A stretch of DNA of 64,000 nucleotides from the human T2T-CHM13v2.0 reference genome, Homo sapiens. The stretch lies in assembly GCF_009914755.1 (NCBI RefSeq), contig NC_060934.1. One strand, 5' to 3'. Both the position numbers and the translations under genes were made by a program. The stretch's first letter is position 1, and the number at the start of each line of letters is the position of its first letter. Under the pieces are notes generated by a model. It ran no database searches, was not told where the DNA came from, and saw nothing but the letters and a program-made list of their open reading frames with translations. Positions 58,021 through 64,000 of this stretch are shown in pieces.

Positions 58021-58069
58021 CTAAAAGTGGAGGAGACGGGAGAGAGGGGAGAGTGACAGATAATATTCA

Positions 58070-58544
58070 TGCCTTGCCAATACCACCCTGCCCTATCCCT
58101 ACCCCTCAGTATTCACCACCTCTTCCATGCCAGTCTCAGCTGCCAGCTGCAAGCACCTGTAACTTTTTTTTAAGGGCTTTCTCTGGCTGTTGTCCTCTGC
58201 TTGGCTGGAGTTCAGGGAAGGCTATATGTGCCAGGAGCTATCTTCTTGGATCCCCAGAAGTGGCTCTCTACAAACCGACAGAAGTTGGTGAATGAAAACC
58301 ATGGCTCCAGGTGGGGCTGGGGCTAGGGGATGATTCTGAGACACTGCTGTGTTTCCCCAGCAGGAATAAGTCTCATCTGCCCACAGGGGTCACCTGCTTG
58401 CAATGCGCCTTGTATTGCCTTTTCTCCCTTCCATGTGTTATTTCCTCACTTGCCCTCTGGGCTCCCTGGATCGCTGCCCAAATAAGCTCCAAGCACTTGT
58501 GCCCTTGCTTAGGAATGGCCTCTAGAGGAACCCAAGCTAAGACA
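58070..58544 (+). mobile_element. LTR16-like ERVL LTR
   Basis: agggctttctctggctg...cccaaataagc...ggaacccaagctaagaca. Confidence 0.7.
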
Positions 58545-59887
58545 TTATTATGCCTGCTAGATGTTACCTTATTTTCCTCTCACTCTTCCTTCCCATTCCC
58601 TTCTGTATGTGATTTGGATTGTATGGAAGAGAAAAAAAAATTCCATTTTCACACAGATAGTTACAAATACTAACAATACATATTTGAGATCTTGCTTTGC
58701 AATCACAGTATATATTCTTCAGTAAAAATGTTCCAGAAGCATGAGAGATGGATAGTCATTGTTTTCAGAATTGGACCATTAACAGAATCTAATAACCGTT
58801 TCCACTCTTCAACTCTTAAGCAAGAAGCGGTAGAACCTTTGGAGAGAAGCACAACCTGCCTCCAGCATCCGATGTTAACCTAGTGGGACAGCTGCACAGT
58901 TTGCATGGCATGAATGTTTGTACATTCACCTGTCACTGCACAACTGACTGTTTCACGGTGACAAGGGCAAACACTGGGAAGTGAATGCTGCGCTCACTTG
59001 TGCATTTGATGCAAGGAGATGTGCAGAGGCCAGAAATTTCAAAATCACCAGTGCGGCTTGCCACACTCCCACTTACCAGTACCTTTATATGAAGGCCAGA
59101 CTTACATAGAGATGGAAGGTGGGTTTTTTTTCCCCCAAAGTTTGTACAAAAATGAGTTTATGTGGCTGCACCAGTTCATGCACTGTCAAGCTCTAAGTCT
59201 GTTAAAATTTAGCATGCCGCTCAAGGAGGCATATGTTCTTTTTTATTACAGTTTTTGAAGTGGTTAAAATATATTTTACAACACCACCTGCTTGACTAGA
59301 GGCCCTTGAACCAGGTTTAAAACCCTCTCATTCTAGCATGCAGCCTGCAGAAATGACAGCCCCTTCCTTCCTCCTTCAGTTGAACAGCTCCAGAGGAGAC
59401 AGATGGACACAGAGGCAAAGCCAAACTGCGGAAGAGACTGGCTGAGAATCACCAAGGTGGCTTAGTGGAATGAACCTTTCTGCCTATCCACTCTGCTCCT
59501 GGCAATAAAATCATCCCCAAAATAATACCTGCTGCTCTGTTTCCTGAGCACAGGCCATGTGCCATGCCCTGTGCTCAGTGCTTACGTGCTTCATCTTGCT
59601 GCATGCCCCAAAACTCTGCGAGGCAGGTGTAATTTTTATCACCATTTTATAGAAACTGGAATACGGAGAGATTAGGTCACTTGCCTGAGGCCACCCAGTG
59701 ATGGAGTGGCAGAGCTGGGCTTCGAACCAGGTCTGTCAGACTCCAAAGGCTACATCAAGACCTCGTTTCTGATGGGTCTAATTGCAAAATGTGCACACTT
59801 CCTGCTCCACTACACAAATTTATTAGCTGTTGTTAATGGCACAGATGAGGAAACACTGAAAATGAGAAACTTTCCCCTCTGGGAAAG

Positions 59888-59936
59888 TTTTTGTCTACAT
59901 GATGCTCATTTATCTTTTTGTCTACATGATGCTCAT
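59888..59936 (+). repeat. 22-bp direct duplication (tttttgtctacatgatgctcat x2, 5-nt spacer)
   Basis: Directly visible. Confidence 0.95.
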
Positions 59937-60043
59937 AGGATTCAACTAAAAAACTGATGAATTGTGTACAATCATGTTCCCTATGTTTAAAACAGGTCAT
60001 TCAATGAGCAGAATATGCAGTATCTATTTCTGATAGAAGTTCA

Positions 60044-60453
<410 letters not shown>

Positions 60454-60819
60454 TTACAGACAGATATGCAACTAGTTGGGTTATTTATTTTTAATTTACT
60501 TGCTTTAGAGTCAAATAGGGAACAGCTGGATTTCTCTCTGATGTTTCCAGTGGATTCCCTGGAACAAAGGAGTCTCCTCAGGGTCTGGATTTGAAACTAA
60601 GACCAAAAGTACAGTACTAGCTAAGAGATGCTAAGTAGAGAAACTGAGGCTCAGAGAGATTGAGTCCTGTCCCCAAGGTCCTGTGGTGTCAGAGTGGGGT
60701 TGGAACCCAGGTTAGGCAGACTCCTGGCTGCAAGACCTCTGGGTGTTGTATGTGGCTGTCATGGAGATGGGGGACAACTTGGGGTGGGTGGGTGGCTGTT
60801 GGACCAGCCTGGCATTATG

Positions 60820-61385
60820 AGCACCTGATGTGATGCAACATAAGATGCTCAGATGTCCCATGAAGTTTTATTGCCTAGGATGCTTAACCTGAATCCAACC
60901 AAGTCTGTGGACTAAACTCCCAGCTCGATGGGATTGCCCAGGGGTGGAGGTAAAGGAACAAGCTAAATGCCCCCAGGAGGAAGCAATCAGATAAATCCAG
61001 AATGTGGTTCTGACAGTCTTGGCATTCCCCAAGACAAGTGGCCTGAGTTCTTCAAGATTTCAACATCACGAAATAAAATGGGAGGTGGGATTAAAAGAGG
61101 CCAAAGAGACATAGTAACTAAATGACATAGGCTGAGTCAAATTTTTTATGAATAATCAAATGTATTTTGGAGACGTTTAAGTATAGACTGGATATTGGAT
61201 AATGTTATGGGATTATTGTTGATTTTTCTTAGGTTTAATAGTGGTATTGTTGTTATGTAGGAAAAAATCCTTAGGAGATTCATGCTGAAGTTTTGGGGGT
61301 TAAAATGTCATAATGTTGTCAATATATTTTCAAATGATTCAGGAAAGAAATATATATGGACATAGATACACACACATACATGCAC

Positions 61386-61420
<35 letters not shown>

Positions 61421-61550
61421 GTGAGAGAGAGAGAAAGAAGAAAGAAAGAGGAGAATGTGGCAAAAGTGTTAATACTTGGTGCATCTAGGTATGGATGTTC
61501 ACTGTGCTATTCTGTAAATTTAACATATTTGAAAATGAAAAAAATCAGGA
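60820..61550 (+). mobile_element. L1MC/ME-like 3' UTR
   Basis: aagcaatcagataaatccagaatgtgg, ggtattgttgttatgtagga, aatgtggcaaaagtgttaat. Confidence 0.7.
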
Positions 61551-61884
61551 AAAAACAGATCTACATGATTTGAATTCTATTTCCAATGCTAGTGCAGACC
61601 CATCCCCTGTGGGATGTGCTCCTACCCTGTGTTTCAGTCAATGACCAGTGGCTGATCCACTCAACATCCTCCCTCCCTAACCTGGTTTCAGGGGGTGGGA
61701 TTGGGGGAGGGTCCTGCTTTGGAGACAGCTGTTGGCGATTAAAGGGATAGCTGGCTGTCCTTCCTGATGGGCCAACTGTGACCTTGGCCTATTTATTAAA
61801 CTTCTGCTTCAACTCAGCAGACACAACTAAAGCAAAACTTCTAGGTTATTGGTATGGTCTGAGTTACCACATCTCCATTTTGGC

Positions 61885-61939
61885 TTTTTCCTTGTGTAGA
61901 TTAAAGACATTGTTGGTCTTTAATCTACACAAGGAAAAA
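61885..61939. repeat. Perfect inverted repeat, 24-bp arms, 7-nt loop
   Basis: tttttccttgtgtagattaaagac-attgttg-gtctttaatctacacaaggaaaaa. Confidence 0.97.
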
Positions 61940-62589
61940 CATAACATTAGACCAAAGCATAACATTAGACCTAATGATGATATGAAACTTGAAAGGGGGA
62001 GGACTGTTACCGTACGACTTTGACAAAGGTTGGGAGGAGAAGAGCTATGGCACCTGTTCTCATTAGCACCCTTTGCATGGAATAGGGGAAAACGTCTTGT
62101 GAATATCACTTATTACTCAAGTGTCAGAACATCTTCCATCCTGGAAAGTTCTAAAACAGACCTGTGAATTGAATAAGGAGATGAACTTCGGGTAAGATGG
62201 GAAGGGGTGAGCTTTGTCCTGACATCACTCTTCCCTTCTTTTCTCTGCTGGCAATACCTCATCATGCACATGGATCACTACAGGGCAAAGGAGAGAGTGA
62301 GTCACTCCAGAATGGAACTTTATTCTTCAGCCGACGAAGGACATCTCCAAAGCCACCACTCTCTCCTTCCTCTTGCCAGCATCTGTGCCCTTTAAGGTGG
62401 CACTTAGTCATGAGCCTCTTGCTTTGTGGATACTGATCTTGCTCTCCTAACTAAGCCCTTGTAGCCTCTATACCTCCCGTGTCCCCCACATATCCCTCAA
62501 CGGTGCTTGCCACATGGTAGATATTTGGCAAGTACTCTGTGGTTGATACAATACATTTTAATGATTCATTCAGGTCTCAATGACAGAAA

Positions 62590-63590
62590 AAAAAAAAAAA
62601 AACAACCCAGATCAACCCGTCTTACACAAAATCAGGAAGGCAGTGGCTCATATAACTGTAAGTCCAAGTATTAGTGGCTTTACGCACAGCTTGCCTCGGG
62701 GCCCCACATGGCGTCAGTAGAGCCTAATCTCTCCAAGTCTTATGTCTGCTCTCCTCCATATTAACTTAATTCTCAGGATCTACGTGGTGACAAGATTCCT
62801 GCTGTAGTCCCACATCCTCTAGGGTCTAAGTCCAAAGGAGAAGAAAGAGGGCCTTTCTCAGCAGTAGGAGGAATTGTCTTGCATCTCATTGGCTCTAAGT
62901 GGGTCATGTGTCCATCCCTGAACCAATCACTGTGGCTGGTTGAATGTCCACTCTAATTGGCTAGGCCCAAGGCAGATACACATCCCTGAAGCCAGAAGTG
63001 AGGTCAGCTTCACTAGAAGCATCGGATCTGAGAGTCATGGAGGGGTTGTTGTCTTAGTCACCTCCTATTCACCTCATTGGCAAGGGAGGGCTGTTATGGA
63101 ATGGCTGGCACATGAGTCCTGATACCGGACACGTGAAATGAACACCAGTTTATTGCCTGGGGGAGGAGGATGCTGCATGCTATGCAGGGTGACATGGAGG
63201 CTACACTTGAGAACAGTGAACAATTAGGGTCTGTGAGAGGCAGGCTTTGTAGTATCAAGGGCATGGGGTGACCCCTGGTTTCTTGGGGGAGGACGTGATT
63301 GGCCTGTTTGAGTAACTCTCAGGCTGGTCGGGAACGGAAACCTGACACTTGGGATAAGTAGAAACTGCTTCTTGTCCCATTTGTAAGGAGGGCCGTTTGG
63401 CTAGGGGACCTTATCCATGGGAGCAGAGTTGAGAGGGAAACTTGTAGTTAGGCCATTCAAGCCCCTCCCAGTTTCACCAGATGTCAAGGCAAAACAACAT
63501 TGGACCTTAATTTTAAGTCTTACACTGCAGTGGTCCCCAGAAGAAAATTAGGAACTATTAGCATAGGAAGGGCAAATGGATGCTGAGCTC
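62590..63590. mobile_element. Old MLT1 (J/K-like) LTR split by a younger LTR
   Basis: gggtcatgtgtccatccctgaaccaatcactgtggc; resumes with gtggtccccagaagaaaattagg. Confidence 0.6.
63047..63529 (-). mobile_element. ERVL solo LTR (MER54/MER73-like)
   Basis: TG...CA ends, caccagatgtcaaggc...ggaccttaattttaagtcttacactgca; TSD ggggt/gtggt. Confidence 0.6.
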
Positions 63591-64000
63591 ACTGGAGGAG
63601 TAATATGTGTCCACTATCCTTGAATCAAGAAACCTCAAGAAAGGGGTCACTGGCAGCTGGTCATCAAATGCCATCTCTTTGTCTGGACTGATCATTCTTA
63701 TGCTCACCCAGTCTTCAGAATCTCACATAAATGTCTCTAGGGTCCTAATAGAGGAGATGAGGCAAGTAAATGCAGATGGCACAGGAAAAGCCTTGAGGAT
63801 ATCTATCCTGGGGAGATGAGTCATTTTTTTTTTTTTTGTGGAGAGAGACTTCATTACAGACAGTATTTTGAAATGCCAGACTTCAGGGGCACCCTGGATG
63901 GGCCCACTGCCCTGCTCAAGGCCACGTCCTTCCTCTTTCATCATGTTCAGAGGCCCTTGCTAGGTTGAATATTTTGATAGACAGGGTTCAGATACCTGGC

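Overview
This is primate genomic DNA, almost certainly human (it carries an AluYa5), and it reads as intronic or intergenic sequence dense in interspersed repeats. I find no supportable protein-coding exon, structural RNA gene or CpG island. Every ORF in the track is either repeat-derived (Alu, L1 ORF2, LTR) or looks like chance. The window holds about 13 Alus, several L1 fragments (two with twin-priming inversions), MaLR/ERVL/ERV1 solo LTRs (many with intact TSDs), hAT, Tigger and piggyBac-derived DNA transposons, and many L2/MIR remnants. The most notable items are a young AluYa5, a MER85 with its CSB-PGBD3-type palindrome but no left TTAA, a perfect 24-bp-arm hairpin next to a 14-bp duplication, a perfect RFX X-box, a homeodomain-motif-dense unique block, and DUX4-type motifs in three THE1 LTRs. 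I found no evidence for a new biological system. Repeat subfamily calls come from recalled consensus sequences and need RepeatMasker/Dfam confirmation. I could not identify the locus or host gene.
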